50,828 nucleotides of DNA, taken from NCBI GenBank assembly GCA_037444405.1, contig JBBIML010000021.1, positions 1 to 50,828 on the forward strand. The letters run 5' to 3'. The notes under the pieces are model-generated. The model searched no databases. It saw nothing but the letters and a program-made list of their open reading frames with translations, and was not told the DNA's origin. This DNA comes from Armatimonadota bacterium. GTDB taxonomy: Bacteria; Armatimonadota; Fimbriimonadia; Fimbriimonadales; GBS-DC. The position numbers and the translations under genes were made by a program. Within the stretch, counting starts at the first letter, position 1; every line of letters starts with the position of its first letter. Shown here in pieces: positions 19,646 through 28,791 of this stretch.

Positions 19646-20761
19646 ATGGGCACGCGCCTGCTTTTCGGCATCATCGGGCTGATCGCCGCGCTGCTGATGG
19701 CGGGCGGCATGGAATGGCTGTTTGCCGCCCTTCGCGCGCCCGATGCGCTGCAGGGCACGCGCGCCCTGCTCTTTTATACCGACCTCGAAATCGTGCGACG
19801 CCTGCGGGAGCGCGGCGCCCAGTTCGGCGACCCCCAGCTCTCCCTGATGTGGCACAACATCAACGACCTCGACCTGCATTGCATCGAGCCGACAGGCACC
19901 CACATCTGGTTCCGCAACCTTCGCAGCGAAGCCACAGGCGGCGAACTCGATGTGGACGCCAACGCGGACCCGACCACGCGCACCTCTCGCCCTGTGGAGA
20001 ACATCTACTGGTCGCCCGGCAGCGCGCCGCAGGGCACTTACGAGGTCTATGTGCATCACTACGCGAATCACGGTGCGCCGGACCCGACGCCCTACACCCT
20101 GCGCATCGTGACGAACGGGCGCGTGCGCGAGTTTCGTGGCAGCCTGCACCCAGGCGAGGAGAGCCAGCATGTGCGGTTCGACCCCGCGCAGGTCCAGGAC
20201 TGGGCGATGCTGGAGGGCGAGTCGCGCGGCTGGCTGGCATTGCTAACAGTGGCGGGCTGGGGCGCGGCGCTGGGGCTGGCGCTGGCGCTGATGCTCCGCC
20301 TGCCCCAGCGGTGGTTCGGCGTCGATCCTGCACTGTTCCGTTGGGAGCGCGTGCTGGGCAACACGATTGGCGGCGGACTGATAGGCGCGTTCAGCGGCGC
20401 AATCGGGCAACTGCTCTTCGCGCTGCTCGCGCCGATTGGCGAGCCGTTCGCCCGAATCGTGGGGCTGATGGCGCTGGGCGGGCTGCTGGGCTACGGACTG
20501 CACCATTGCGTGCCGAACCTGCCGCTGAACCCTGCACGGCTGGCGGGCGCGGCTGGCGGGCTGCTGGGCGCCATCGGTTTCCTCTGGGCGCTGGCGAACA
20601 TGAGCGACGGCGCAGGACGCCTGCTCGCCGCCATGCTGCTGGGACTCGCCATCGGCTTGATGATTACGCTGCTGCGCCTTGCGGTGGCTCATATTGCGCT
20701 GGGCGGACAGCTCACCACCCGCGCTCTCATCCGTTCCAAACGGCTGGAGATCAGGCGATAG
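19646..20761 (+). CDS. Membrane protein with YfaP/DUF2135-like soluble domain and Gly-rich TM bundle
   Basis: W..INDLDLHCIEP.G, GELDVDAN, PVENIYW, GTYEVYVHHY; C-terminal GxxxG-rich helices. Confidence 0.7.
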   Translation: MGTRLLFGIIGLIAALLMAGGMEWLFAALRAPDALQGTRALLFYTDLEIVRRLRERGAQFGDPQLSLMWHNINDLDLHCIEPTGTHIWFRNLRSEATGGELDVDANADPTTRTSRPVENIYWSPGSAPQGTYEVYVHHYANHGAPDPTPYTLRIVTNGRVREFRGSLHPGEESQHVRFDPAQVQDWAMLEGESRGWLALLTVAGWGAALGLALALMLRLPQRWFGVDPALFRWERVLGNTIGGGLIGAFSGAIGQLLFALLAPIGEPFARIVGLMALGGLLGYGLHHCVPNLPLNPARLAGAAGGLLGAIGFLWALANMSDGAGRLLAAMLLGLAIGLMITLLRLAVAHIALGGQLTTRALIRSKRLEIRR

Positions 20762-23402
20762 GCTGTAGATCGCGCCAGTTGGGACCGATTTTGGCTTCGA
20801 CAGTGAGCGGCACGCGCAGGGTGCAGGCTTGCTCCATCTCGCGGGCAATCGCGCGGGCGACGCTCTCCACATCGTTATCGGGTGTCTCCAGCAGTAGCTC
20901 ATCGTGAACCTGCAGCAGCATCCGCGCCTGCGGCTCCACCGCGGGCAGGCGGTTCCAGACGCGAATCATGGCGAGCTTCATAATGTCGGCAGCCGTGCCC
21001 TGAAAGGGCATGTTGATGGCGGCGCGTTCGGCTGCCATGCGCTCGTTACGGTTCGCGCTGTGCAGGTCAGGCAGGTAGCGCTTGCGCCCCAGCAAAGTGC
21101 GCACATAGCCTTTCTGACGCGCCTCCTCCAGTATCTGCTGCGTGAAGGCTTTGATCTGGGGGAACCGCTCGAAGTAGTGTGTAATAATCTGGCGAGCCTC
21201 GCTCACCTCGATACCGAGTTCCTGCGACAGCCCGTAATCGCTCATGCCGTACAGCACAGCGTAGTTGACCGTCTTCGCCTTGCGCCGCATCTCCCGATCG
21301 ACCTGTTCGGGAGCGACGCCAAACAGAATCGCAGCCGTCGCCGTGTGGATATCCTCACCCTGCTCGAAGGCGCGAAGGAGCATCGGATCGCCCGACATGT
21401 GCGCCAGGATGCGCAGCTCAATCTGCGAGTAGTCCAGCGAGAGCAGCTGAAAGCCTGCATCGGCGATAAAGGCGCGGCGGATTTCGCGCCCGACCTCCGA
21501 GCGGATAGGAATGTTCTGCAGGTTCGGCTCGCTGCTGGAGAGGCGACCCGTCGCCGTCACGGTCTGATTGAGCTTCGTGTGGATTCGACCTGTGAGCGGG
21601 TTCACCAGCTTCGGCAGCGCCTCCGCATAGGTGGAGCGCAGCTTGCTCAACTCACGATATTCGATAATCCGGCGCACGATCGGGTGCTGATCGATGAGCG
21701 CTTGCAACACATCGGCGTCAGTGGAGTAGCCCGTTTTGGTCTTTTTGATGACGGGCAGCCGGAGCTTTTCGAACAGCACCGTGCCGAGCTGTTTGGGCGA
21801 GCCGATGTTGAACGGTTCGCCCGCCAGCGCGTGGATCTCCTGTGCGAGCGATTCGAGCTGCGCTTGCAGTCGCCCCGACAGCTCCTGCAGGTACGCGCCG
21901 TCGATGCGGATGCCGTGCCACTCCATCTCGGCGAGGATGGGTATCAGCGGCATTTCGATGTCCTCCAGCACGGGCAGCGTCTCTTCAGCTTGCAGGCGCT
22001 CGCGCAGGGGTTGTTCCAGCATCAGCAGGGCGGTGGCTTCCGCCGCGATGCGCTCGTTGCCCTCGGGCAGGCGCAGGTTCAGCAGTTCCTCGCAGAGCCA
22101 GTCGAGCGGGTAACTGGCACGGCTCGGCTGCCAGATGTAAGCCGCTATCAGCGCATCGAAGCGGGGCGGCTGAACCGAAAGTCCCGCGCCGCGCGTTAGC
22201 AACAGGTCGGTTTTGGCGTCATAGGCGAGGCGAGCGCGGTGCGGGTCGCTCAACAGGCGCAGGAGCGGCTCGGGCAGGAAGAGACTCGCGGCGCGGTCAA
22301 TCAGCACGGCGCGGTTCGGCTCGACAGCGAGCGCGATGCGATGAACCTCGGCGTCGCGCAGGTGGCGCAGCTCGCCCTGAAGGCGAATCGCGACGGGCGA
22401 ATCGCCCTCCAGCAGGCGCGATAGGGTGCGCTCATCCGGGTCGCGAAGCACCGCGACCTCCAAGGTCTCGTGAATGGAGACGGCGGGCAGGCTCGCGGAC
22501 CCACCGAACTTCTGCGCCAGGGCGGGCAGCCGACGCAGAATGGAGCGAAACTCCAGGTCCTCCAGCACGCGCTGAACCGCCGTTAGTCGCTCCGGGGTCA
22601 GCTGGAACGGCGGTATCTGCCCCAGATCGATGGGCACCTCCTGCAGGATGGTCGCCAGCATCTTGCTCTGGCGGATCTGGTCGCGCATGGCAGTGAGCCG
22701 CTCGCGCAGTTTGGGGTCGCTCACCTCGTCCAGATGCAGAAGCAGGTTCTCCACCGTGCCGAACTGTTGCAGGAGCTTAACGGCGGTTTTTTCGCCGACG
22801 CCGGGCACGCCGGGGATATTGTCCGACGGGTCGCCCGCCAGCGCTTTGAGGTCGGGAATCTGCTCCGGGCGGATGCCGTAGCGCTCCTGCACGGTTTGCG
22901 CGTCGAAGATTTGCAGGTCGCTGACGCCGCGCAGGGGAGCGCACACGCGCACATGCTCATTGATGAGTTGCAGCTGGTCGCGGTCGCCCGTGAAGATAAG
23001 CACCTCGTAGCCCTGTTCGGGCGCGTGGCGGGCAATCGTGCCGACCAGATCGTCCGCTTCGAAGCCCGGCTCGGCGAGCGTGGGGATTCCAAACGCCTGC
23101 AGCAGCTGGCGGGTCATCTCCACCTGCGGGCGGAACTCGTCGGGCGTCTCCTGACGGTGCGCTTTGTATTCTACAAACGCCTCGTGGCGGAAGGTGGGCG
23201 CAGGCGCATCGAACGCCACCACAATCGCCGCTGGCTCCACCGTGTTCAGCAGCGACAGCAGCATATTGGTGAAGCTGAACACGGCGTTCGTGGGTCGCCC
23301 GTCGGAAGTGGTCAGCATGCGGGTGGCATAGAAGCCCCGATAGAGCAGGCTGTGCCCATCAATCACCACCAGAATCGGTCGCGCCCCGCGCTCCACACCC
23401 AT
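20751..23402 (-). CDS. polA: DNA polymerase I (5'-3' exonuclease plus polymerase; 3'-5' exonuclease region appears degenerate)
   Basis: IDGHSLLYR, GDPSDNIPGVPGVGEKTA, TGRLSSSEPNLQNIP, DYSQIELR, KTVNYAVLYG, QVHDELL. Confidence 0.97.
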   Translation of the reverse strand: MGVERGARPILVVIDGHSLLYRGFYATRMLTTSDGRPTNAVFSFTNMLLSLLNTVEPAAIVVAFDAPAPTFRHEAFVEYKAHRQETPDEFRPQVEMTRQLLQAFGIPTLAEPGFEADDLVGTIARHAPEQGYEVLIFTGDRDQLQLINEHVRVCAPLRGVSDLQIFDAQTVQERYGIRPEQIPDLKALAGDPSDNIPGVPGVGEKTAVKLLQQFGTVENLLLHLDEVSDPKLRERLTAMRDQIRQSKMLATILQEVPIDLGQIPPFQLTPERLTAVQRVLEDLEFRSILRRLPALAQKFGGSASLPAVSIHETLEVAVLRDPDERTLSRLLEGDSPVAIRLQGELRHLRDAEVHRIALAVEPNRAVLIDRAASLFLPEPLLRLLSDPHRARLAYDAKTDLLLTRGAGLSVQPPRFDALIAAYIWQPSRASYPLDWLCEELLNLRLPEGNERIAAEATALLMLEQPLRERLQAEETLPVLEDIEMPLIPILAEMEWHGIRIDGAYLQELSGRLQAQLESLAQEIHALAGEPFNIGSPKQLGTVLFEKLRLPVIKKTKTGYSTDADVLQALIDQHPIVRRIIEYRELSKLRSTYAEALPKLVNPLTGRIHTKLNQTVTATGRLSSSEPNLQNIPIRSEVGREIRRAFIADAGFQLLSLDYSQIELRILAHMSGDPMLLRAFEQGEDIHTATAAILFGVAPEQVDREMRRKAKTVNYAVLYGMSDYGLSQELGIEVSEARQIITHYFERFPQIKAFTQQILEEARQKGYVRTLLGRKRYLPDLHSANRNERMAAERAAINMPFQGTAADIMKLAMIRVWNRLPAVEPQARMLLQVHDELLLETPDNDVESVARAIAREMEQACTLRVPLTVEAKIGPNWRDLQPIA

Positions 23403-23447
23403 CAAAAAAGATTATACCGCTTCAGTCACCTGAACCCTGTGCAACTC

Positions 23448-23519
23448 AAGCCGACCTGCCTCTGCCGCTTCAGCCGTAAAAAACTCCCCCCCTTTGGAGA
23501 GAGGGTACGGGTGAGGGGC
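23448..23519. repeat. REP/REPIN-like element, right half
   Basis: GGAGAGAGGGTACGGGTGAGGGG is the reverse complement of CCCCTCACCCGTACCCTCTCTCC at 47009; AAGCCGACCTGCC core shared with 42403-42415. Confidence 0.65.
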
Positions 23520-23540
23520 AACCCTCTCACGCCCTTCTTC

Positions 23541-23637
23541 GTTTCAATCCCTTAGAGGTAGGCTACAAACGTGAACAAACAGGGCAGATTCAACTCACGT
23601 TCACGGAGTTTCAATCCCTTAGAGGTAGGCTACAAAC
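23541..23637 (-). CRISPR. Orphan CRISPR mini-array: two identical 30-bp repeats and one 37-bp spacer
   Basis: GTTTCAATCCCTTAGAGGTAGGCTACAAAC at 23541-23570 and 23608-23637; reverse complement ends in ATTGAAAC, typical of type I/III repeats; no cas genes in the window. Confidence 0.85.
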
Positions 23638-23937
23638 CAACCCCCTGCAGCGGGCAGGCGCGAACGCCCACCCGCTCAGAGGCACGCCTCTGAACTCAAA
23701 TCTGACCCTTCGCCCGATTGTCAAGTGCACACACTGCTTTGCCCCGATGGCGCCTCTACTATACTCCATCGATTCGCCTGTGTCCCTCTCTGTGTGAAAC
23801 AGGCACACTTGACCCTGTGATGGAGTGTGGGGCGCCGCGTGGGAGCGCGGTCATTCTCACACAGATGATAAACTCCCGAGCAGCGAACCCCTTGAAGGGC
23901 GATTGCTGGGGGCTTGCTGCCTATCGATGCTCGGGCG
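23638..23937 (-). promoter_or_regulatory. Putative CRISPR leader
   Basis: About 300-bp non-coding stretch 5' of the first repeat on the inferred transcribed strand; TTGACA at 23724-23719 without a matching -10. Confidence 0.4.
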
Positions 23938-24414
23938 CTACTGGCGCTCGTTATTGTCGGCAGCCGTGCCACGAGGCGTGGCTTCAGGCGGTGCAGGCGG
24001 CACGATTTTGCCCAGTCGCGCCCGCTCGCGCCGCAACTCTTCAGGCATAACCGCTGGCATCTCAATCGCTTCCCTATCAAAACGCGAGGCTGTAATGATG
24101 CTGGGCACATTGATGGTGAAGAACATCACGGCATAGAAGCTCAGATAGCCTGCCACGCCGAGACGCGCCAGCCGTTTCACCGTCTGCGGGCGGTGGCGCC
24201 GACCCCACTCGATAATCACCACGGGCGCCAGCACCAGCACCAGCTTCGCCAGCGCGAAGGGCATCAGCCCGTACTGCAGGTAAAAGCGCATAATTGGGTT
24301 GCCCTCCTCCGCCAGCCCGCGCGTGATGAGCGCGATCGTGGTGAGCAAATCCGCCACACAGACCAGAATAATCGCCCAGCTCTCCGCACAGAGCCATTCC
24401 CGCCATCGCCGCAT
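23938..24414 (-). CDS. DUF5658-like small membrane protein
   Basis: ADLLTT...EEGNPIM pattern, three hydrophobic helices; GGAGG RBS. Confidence 0.7.
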   Translation of the reverse strand: MRRWREWLCAESWAIILVCVADLLTTIALITRGLAEEGNPIMRFYLQYGLMPFALAKLVLVLAPVVIIEWGRRHRPQTVKRLARLGVAGYLSFYAVMFFTINVPSIITASRFDREAIEMPAVMPEELRRERARLGKIVPPAPPEATPRGTAADNNERQ

Positions 24415-24491
24415 GGTGTCCTCCGCAGAGGGGTTATTCCATAAGGGGCGCGTTTTGTCAACAGGGTGAATGGGGGTATCTTTAAAAGATA

Positions 24492-24767
24492 ATGCGGTGG
24501 TACATTCTGGACGAATCGGCGCGGGCGCAGGCGGGCAACTTTGTGAGGGTCGCCGTCGCGTTCAATGAGCTGGAGGCAGGCTTCCTGCGCGACTATCTGC
24601 GCGAGCGACACATTCTGGCGCAGGTATCGCCCGCCACCCCACCCTTCGCCGTTGCCTACTTCCCACGCGAATGCTACCTTTGGGTGCCCGCGCGCCAGGT
24701 GGCAGGGGCAATCCGGTTCCTGCAGGAGTTGGACGCGCAGTGGCAGGAGGAACCTGCGCATGAATAG
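24492..24767 (+). CDS. Small DUF2007-like (putative signal-transducing) protein
   Basis: NELEAGFLRDYLRERHI...LWVP pattern; overlaps the gpsA start. Confidence 0.55.
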   Translation: MRWYILDESARAQAGNFVRVAVAFNELEAGFLRDYLRERHILAQVSPATPPFAVAYFPRECYLWVPARQVAGAIRFLQELDAQWQEEPAHE

Positions 24768-25782
24768 GCTCGTGGGCGTTGTGGGCGCAGGCTCGTGGGG
24801 CACAGCGCTCGCATGGGTGCTGGCTCAAAAGGGGCTGCCCGTTCGCCTGTGGGGACGCAACCGCGAGCAGATAGCACAAATCCGCCGCGAGCGGATCAAT
24901 CGCCGCTATCTGCCCGATGTCCATCTGCCCGATGGCATAGAGGCGACTGCTGAGCTGAGCGAGCTGAATGAGTGTCCCTTGCTCATTCTCGCGGTGCCGT
25001 CGGGCGCGATACGCGAGGTTGCTCCTCACCTGCCCAACCATCAACGCCTCTGGATTATCGCCGCCAAGGGACTGGAGCCGAACACGGGCAAACGCCTGAG
25101 CGAGGTGGTGCAGGAATCGGCAGGTATCCCGCTGCCCCAGATCGTGGTGCTGTCGGGACCGAACCTGGCAGGCGAGATCGTGCGCGGCATCCCCACCGCG
25201 ACCGTCGCCGCCTCCGTCAATCCCGACGCCGCCGAGCAGGTGCAGCAACTGTTCATGGCGCCCACCCTGCGCGTATACACGAACGACGACCTGATCGGGG
25301 TGGAGCTGGGCGGCGCGCTGAAGAATGTGTACGCGATTGGCGCGGGGGTGAGCGACGGACTGGGCTTCGGCGATAACACGAAAGGCGCCCTGCTCACGCG
25401 CGGACTGACCGAGATGATGCGGCTGGGCGCGGCGATGGGCGCGTGCCCCGAAACCTTTATGGGGCTGACAGGCGTGGGCGACCTGTTCGCCACCGCCGTG
25501 AGCCGGCTCAGTCGCAACTACCGATTGGGCTACGCGATTGCGCAGGGCGCCACGCCTGACGAAGCCCTGCGCCTGCTGGGACAGGTCGCCGAAGGCTATG
25601 CCACCGCCCTCGTCGCCGAGCAGCTGGCTCACCAGCACGGCATCGAAATGCCCCTCCTGAGCGCAATTGCCAGCCTGCTACGCGGCACAGTCAGCGTGCG
25701 CGACGCCCTCCAGAGCCTCATGACCCGCCCACCCAAAGGCGAACGCGAGTTTCGGTTCATCCCCTCTAATCCACAGGGCTGA
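24760..25782 (+). CDS. gpsA: NAD(P)H-dependent glycerol-3-phosphate dehydrogenase
   Basis: GAGSWGTALA, LSGPNLA, GVELGGALKNV, GVGDL, SRNYRLG; start reassigned to ATG 24760. Confidence 0.95.
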   Translation: MNRLVGVVGAGSWGTALAWVLAQKGLPVRLWGRNREQIAQIRRERINRRYLPDVHLPDGIEATAELSELNECPLLILAVPSGAIREVAPHLPNHQRLWIIAAKGLEPNTGKRLSEVVQESAGIPLPQIVVLSGPNLAGEIVRGIPTATVAASVNPDAAEQVQQLFMAPTLRVYTNDDLIGVELGGALKNVYAIGAGVSDGLGFGDNTKGALLTRGLTEMMRLGAAMGACPETFMGLTGVGDLFATAVSRLSRNYRLGYAIAQGATPDEALRLLGQVAEGYATALVAEQLAHQHGIEMPLLSAIASLLRGTVSVRDALQSLMTRPPKGEREFRFIPSNPQG

Positions 25783-27505
25783 ACTGCTCGTAGAGGTTGG
25801 AGTTAATCGCGACGAGAATCGCTCCCACTGAGAAGTTGGCAGCCATCACAATCGGCGCCAGCAGCAGCGGTGAGAGGCGCAGCACCAGCCCCACTGTCAA
25901 TATCAATCCGCCTGGCAAGCCCGCCAGCAGAATCGCGGGGAACATCAGCAGACCCAGCAGCAGCCGCTGCGTGTAATCGTTCGGGTCAGGGTTCAGCATC
26001 GCCAGCATCCACATCGCCATCATCAGCACAGGCACGAACGACACCAGCGCCAGCCCCATCCCCAGCCAGAAAACCCACGCCTGTGGGAACCAGACAATCG
26101 CCACCAGCGACACCACCAGCTGAATCAGCGCGAACATCACCGCCGTCGGCAACGACTCCACCAGCACCACCGCTCGCGAACTGAACGGCAACGGCTTCTG
26201 AAAGTCGACCCGGCGCAACAAATCCACAATCGCGTAGTAGCTGCCTATCGCGGTCATAATCACAATCATGTATTGAATGCTCACATAGGTGACTTGCGCC
26301 ACCAGCAGCGACTGCTTTTCAAGGCTGTAGCGGATGATGCCCAGCGGCACTGAGGGGATGGCGATGAACAGGGCGATTGCCGCGATGAGCATCCAGCCCT
26401 GCAGACGCCATGAGAGCAGGATGTCGCGCCAGAGCAGCGCCCACACGCCGCGTGGCGTCCAGCGTTCGAGCCAGCGGAGGGTGCGCACGGGGCGCTCGCG
26501 TCGGCTCATTCGCTCCAGTGCGCCCTGATACATCGCGCTCATCGGATCGCGGCGGGCGAGTCGGTAGCGTGCCCCGCGCTGCGCCATCGCCGATGCCAGC
26601 TCATAGAGCCGACCCGCGTGCGCCACAATCCGCCGATCCGCCCACACCAGCACGCCCAGCCAGAAAATCAGCCCCAGCCCGATTGCGGGCGTCCAGCCGC
26701 CGTACACAATCAGCGCGGCGTCCGCCAGCGCCCGCGCAGGCAACAGCAGCACATACGCAGGCAGCCAGTTAGCGCCCATCAGCAGCGCCTCCGAGAACCT
26801 GACCGAGGGCTGATTCTGCCAGAGCATCCACGCATAGCCGACCATTAGTCCCGCTCCCAGCAGCGCCCAGCCGATAACCCCCACCCAGAACAGCCAGCGC
26901 AACGCCGGGCGCTCCTCTTCCATCAGCCGAACCGCCACGCCCAGCCACAGCGCCGCCAGCGACATGCTCAAAAACAGCAGCGGGTAAACCAGCAGCGCCC
27001 ACCCGCTCGTCTGCGGCTCCGCCACCAGCGCCAGCTGCCTGATCGAACGCCCGCCCGACATCAGCAGGTAAATAATCAGAAAGAGCATCAGGAAAATCGT
27101 GCCGATCGCGCCGCGCATTAGCAGCACGCCCCGAAACAGGCTCAGCGCCCGCACAGGCGTCGGAAACAGAAAGTTCACATCCCCTTCCACAAAGTAGCTG
27201 AACTGCCCGCGCGAGAAGGCAGGCGCCATCGCCAGCACCACATACAGCAGGTGAAAGCCCAGCACAATGGTCAGGCTGCGCCCCATCACCGCTTCAGGGT
27301 CCAGCATCAACTGGGGTGCGCGCGGCGCCCGCACTGGCTCCAGCAACGCGCCGACCAGCGCACCGCCCCAGCTGCACAGAATGAACCCGATTACCAGCAC
27401 GGTCAGCACCGCCCGCAGGGGGTTCGCAAACGCGCGACGGAAGCTGTTAATCACCACGCGCACCGTCAGAAACCACACCACTCGCGCCGTCAGCCTGTCC
27501 ATCAA
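25766..27505 (-). CDS. Putative ABC exporter permease-like membrane protein
   Basis: Many TM helices; DVNFLFPTPV motif; no ATPase gene adjacent. Confidence 0.65.
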   Translation of the reverse strand: MMDRLTARVVWFLTVRVVINSFRRAFANPLRAVLTVLVIGFILCSWGGALVGALLEPVRAPRAPQLMLDPEAVMGRSLTIVLGFHLLYVVLAMAPAFSRGQFSYFVEGDVNFLFPTPVRALSLFRGVLLMRGAIGTIFLMLFLIIYLLMSGGRSIRQLALVAEPQTSGWALLVYPLLFLSMSLAALWLGVAVRLMEEERPALRWLFWVGVIGWALLGAGLMVGYAWMLWQNQPSVRFSEALLMGANWLPAYVLLLPARALADAALIVYGGWTPAIGLGLIFWLGVLVWADRRIVAHAGRLYELASAMAQRGARYRLARRDPMSAMYQGALERMSRRERPVRTLRWLERWTPRGVWALLWRDILLSWRLQGWMLIAAIALFIAIPSVPLGIIRYSLEKQSLLVAQVTYVSIQYMIVIMTAIGSYYAIVDLLRRVDFQKPLPFSSRAVVLVESLPTAVMFALIQLVVSLVAIVWFPQAWVFWLGMGLALVSFVPVLMMAMWMLAMLNPDPNDYTQRLLLGLLMFPAILLAGLPGGLILTVGLVLRLSPLLLAPIVMAANFSVGAILVAINSNLYEQFSPVD

Positions 27506-27542
27506 ACCTGCAGTTTACCCCACAGGTAGAATTAATAGCGGT

Positions 27543-27776
27543 ATGGGCACGGTCGGCAAGGCGTTGATCGGGCTGGGTGCGATGCTGATGGTGGTCGGGC
27601 TGGTGCTGGTCGCGCTGGATCGCGCGGGCATCCGCCAATGGCGATTGCCAGGCGATATTGCTATCCATCGGGACGGCTTCCATTTCTACTTCCCGCTTGG
27701 CACCAGCCTGCTCATCAGCCTGATTTTAACCCTGCTGCTGAGCTTTCTGGCATGGCTGTCGGGGCGTGCCCGATAG
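27543..27776 (+). CDS. DUF2905 family small membrane protein
   Basis: RLPGDI....GFHFYFPLGTSLLISLILTLL; directly upstream of queA. Confidence 0.85.
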   Translation: MGTVGKALIGLGAMLMVVGLVLVALDRAGIRQWRLPGDIAIHRDGFHFYFPLGTSLLISLILTLLLSFLAWLSGRAR

Positions 27777-28787
27777 ATGATGATGGATGCGGCGCTGTTC
27801 GATTACGAGCTGCCCGAAGAGTTAATTGCGCAGGAGCCGGTGGAGCCGCGCGACTCGTCGCGCCTGCTAATAGTGCATCGGGCGACAGGTCTGCTGGAAC
27901 ATCGATACTTCTACGAGCTGCCCGAATATCTGCGCGAGGGCGATACGCTGGTGCTGAACGATTCGCGGGTGTCGGCGCGGCGACTGTTCGGGCGTAAACC
28001 GACGGGTGGGCGCGTCGAACTCCTGCTGTTGCGCCCCGTCGGCGACGGACGCTGGCACGCGCTGGTGCGACCGGGCAGACGCCTGCCCGAAGGTAGCTGG
28101 ATTATTCTGGACGAATCGCACACGGCTCAAATCGAAGCCCGCCTTGAGGGGGGCATCCGACTGGTGCGATTCATCCCGCCCGCCGACGAATGGCTCCAGA
28201 CGGTCGGTCAAATCCCTCTGCCGCCCTACATCCACCGCCAGCTGACCGACCCGGAGCGGTATCAGACGGTGTACGCTCGCCAGCCCGGCTCCGCCGCCGC
28301 GCCCACCGCCGGACTGCACTTCACGCCCAAACTGTTAGAGACGCTCAAAGCGCAGGGCGTGCAGATTGCCACCGTCACCCTGCATGTGAGCCTGGACACC
28401 TTTCGCCCCCTGCAGAGCGAGCGCGTGGAAGAGCATAAGATGCACGGCGAGTGGTTCACCCTTTCGCCTGAAGCCGCCGAGCGGATTAACAGCACGCGCG
28501 GGCGCATCGTCGCGGTGGGCACAACCAGCGTGCGCGTGCTGGAGAGCGCGGCGGTCGGCAAACGGCGCGTGCAACCCATGACAGGCGAGACCCGACTCTA
28601 CATCACACCCGGCTACGAGTTCAAAGTGGTGGACGCGCTGATTACCAACTTCCATATGCCGCACACCACCATGCTGGTGCTGGTGTGCGCGTTCGGCGGG
28701 CGCGAGCGAATCCTGACCGCCTATCAGGAAGCCATTCGCCAGCGCTACCGATTCCTGAGCTTCGGCGACGCGATGCTGATTCTCTGA
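27777..28787 (+). CDS. queA: S-adenosylmethionine:tRNA ribosyltransferase-isomerase
   Basis: FDYELPEELIAQ, PLPPYI, GSAAAPTAGLHF, VGTTSVR, TNFH, FLSFGDAMLI. Confidence 0.97.
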   Translation: MMMDAALFDYELPEELIAQEPVEPRDSSRLLIVHRATGLLEHRYFYELPEYLREGDTLVLNDSRVSARRLFGRKPTGGRVELLLLRPVGDGRWHALVRPGRRLPEGSWIILDESHTAQIEARLEGGIRLVRFIPPADEWLQTVGQIPLPPYIHRQLTDPERYQTVYARQPGSAAAPTAGLHFTPKLLETLKAQGVQIATVTLHVSLDTFRPLQSERVEEHKMHGEWFTLSPEAAERINSTRGRIVAVGTTSVRVLESAAVGKRRVQPMTGETRLYITPGYEFKVVDALITNFHMPHTTMLVLVCAFGGRERILTAYQEAIRQRYRFLSFGDAMLIL

Positions 28788-28791
28788 GCGA

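Noticed and set aside
21950..22450. Degenerate 3'-5' exonuclease region of PolA
   Set aside because: Loss of proofreading motifs is common in bacterial Pol I, for example in Thermus and Bacillus enzymes
23474..23540. Possible third degenerate CRISPR repeat
   Set aside because: The sequence at the expected spacing is the REP-like element and does not resemble the repeat
23611..24110. Short ORFs across the CRISPR repeat and leader
   Set aside because: No RBS or motifs; they overlap the array or the DUF5658-like gene and do not resemble cas genes
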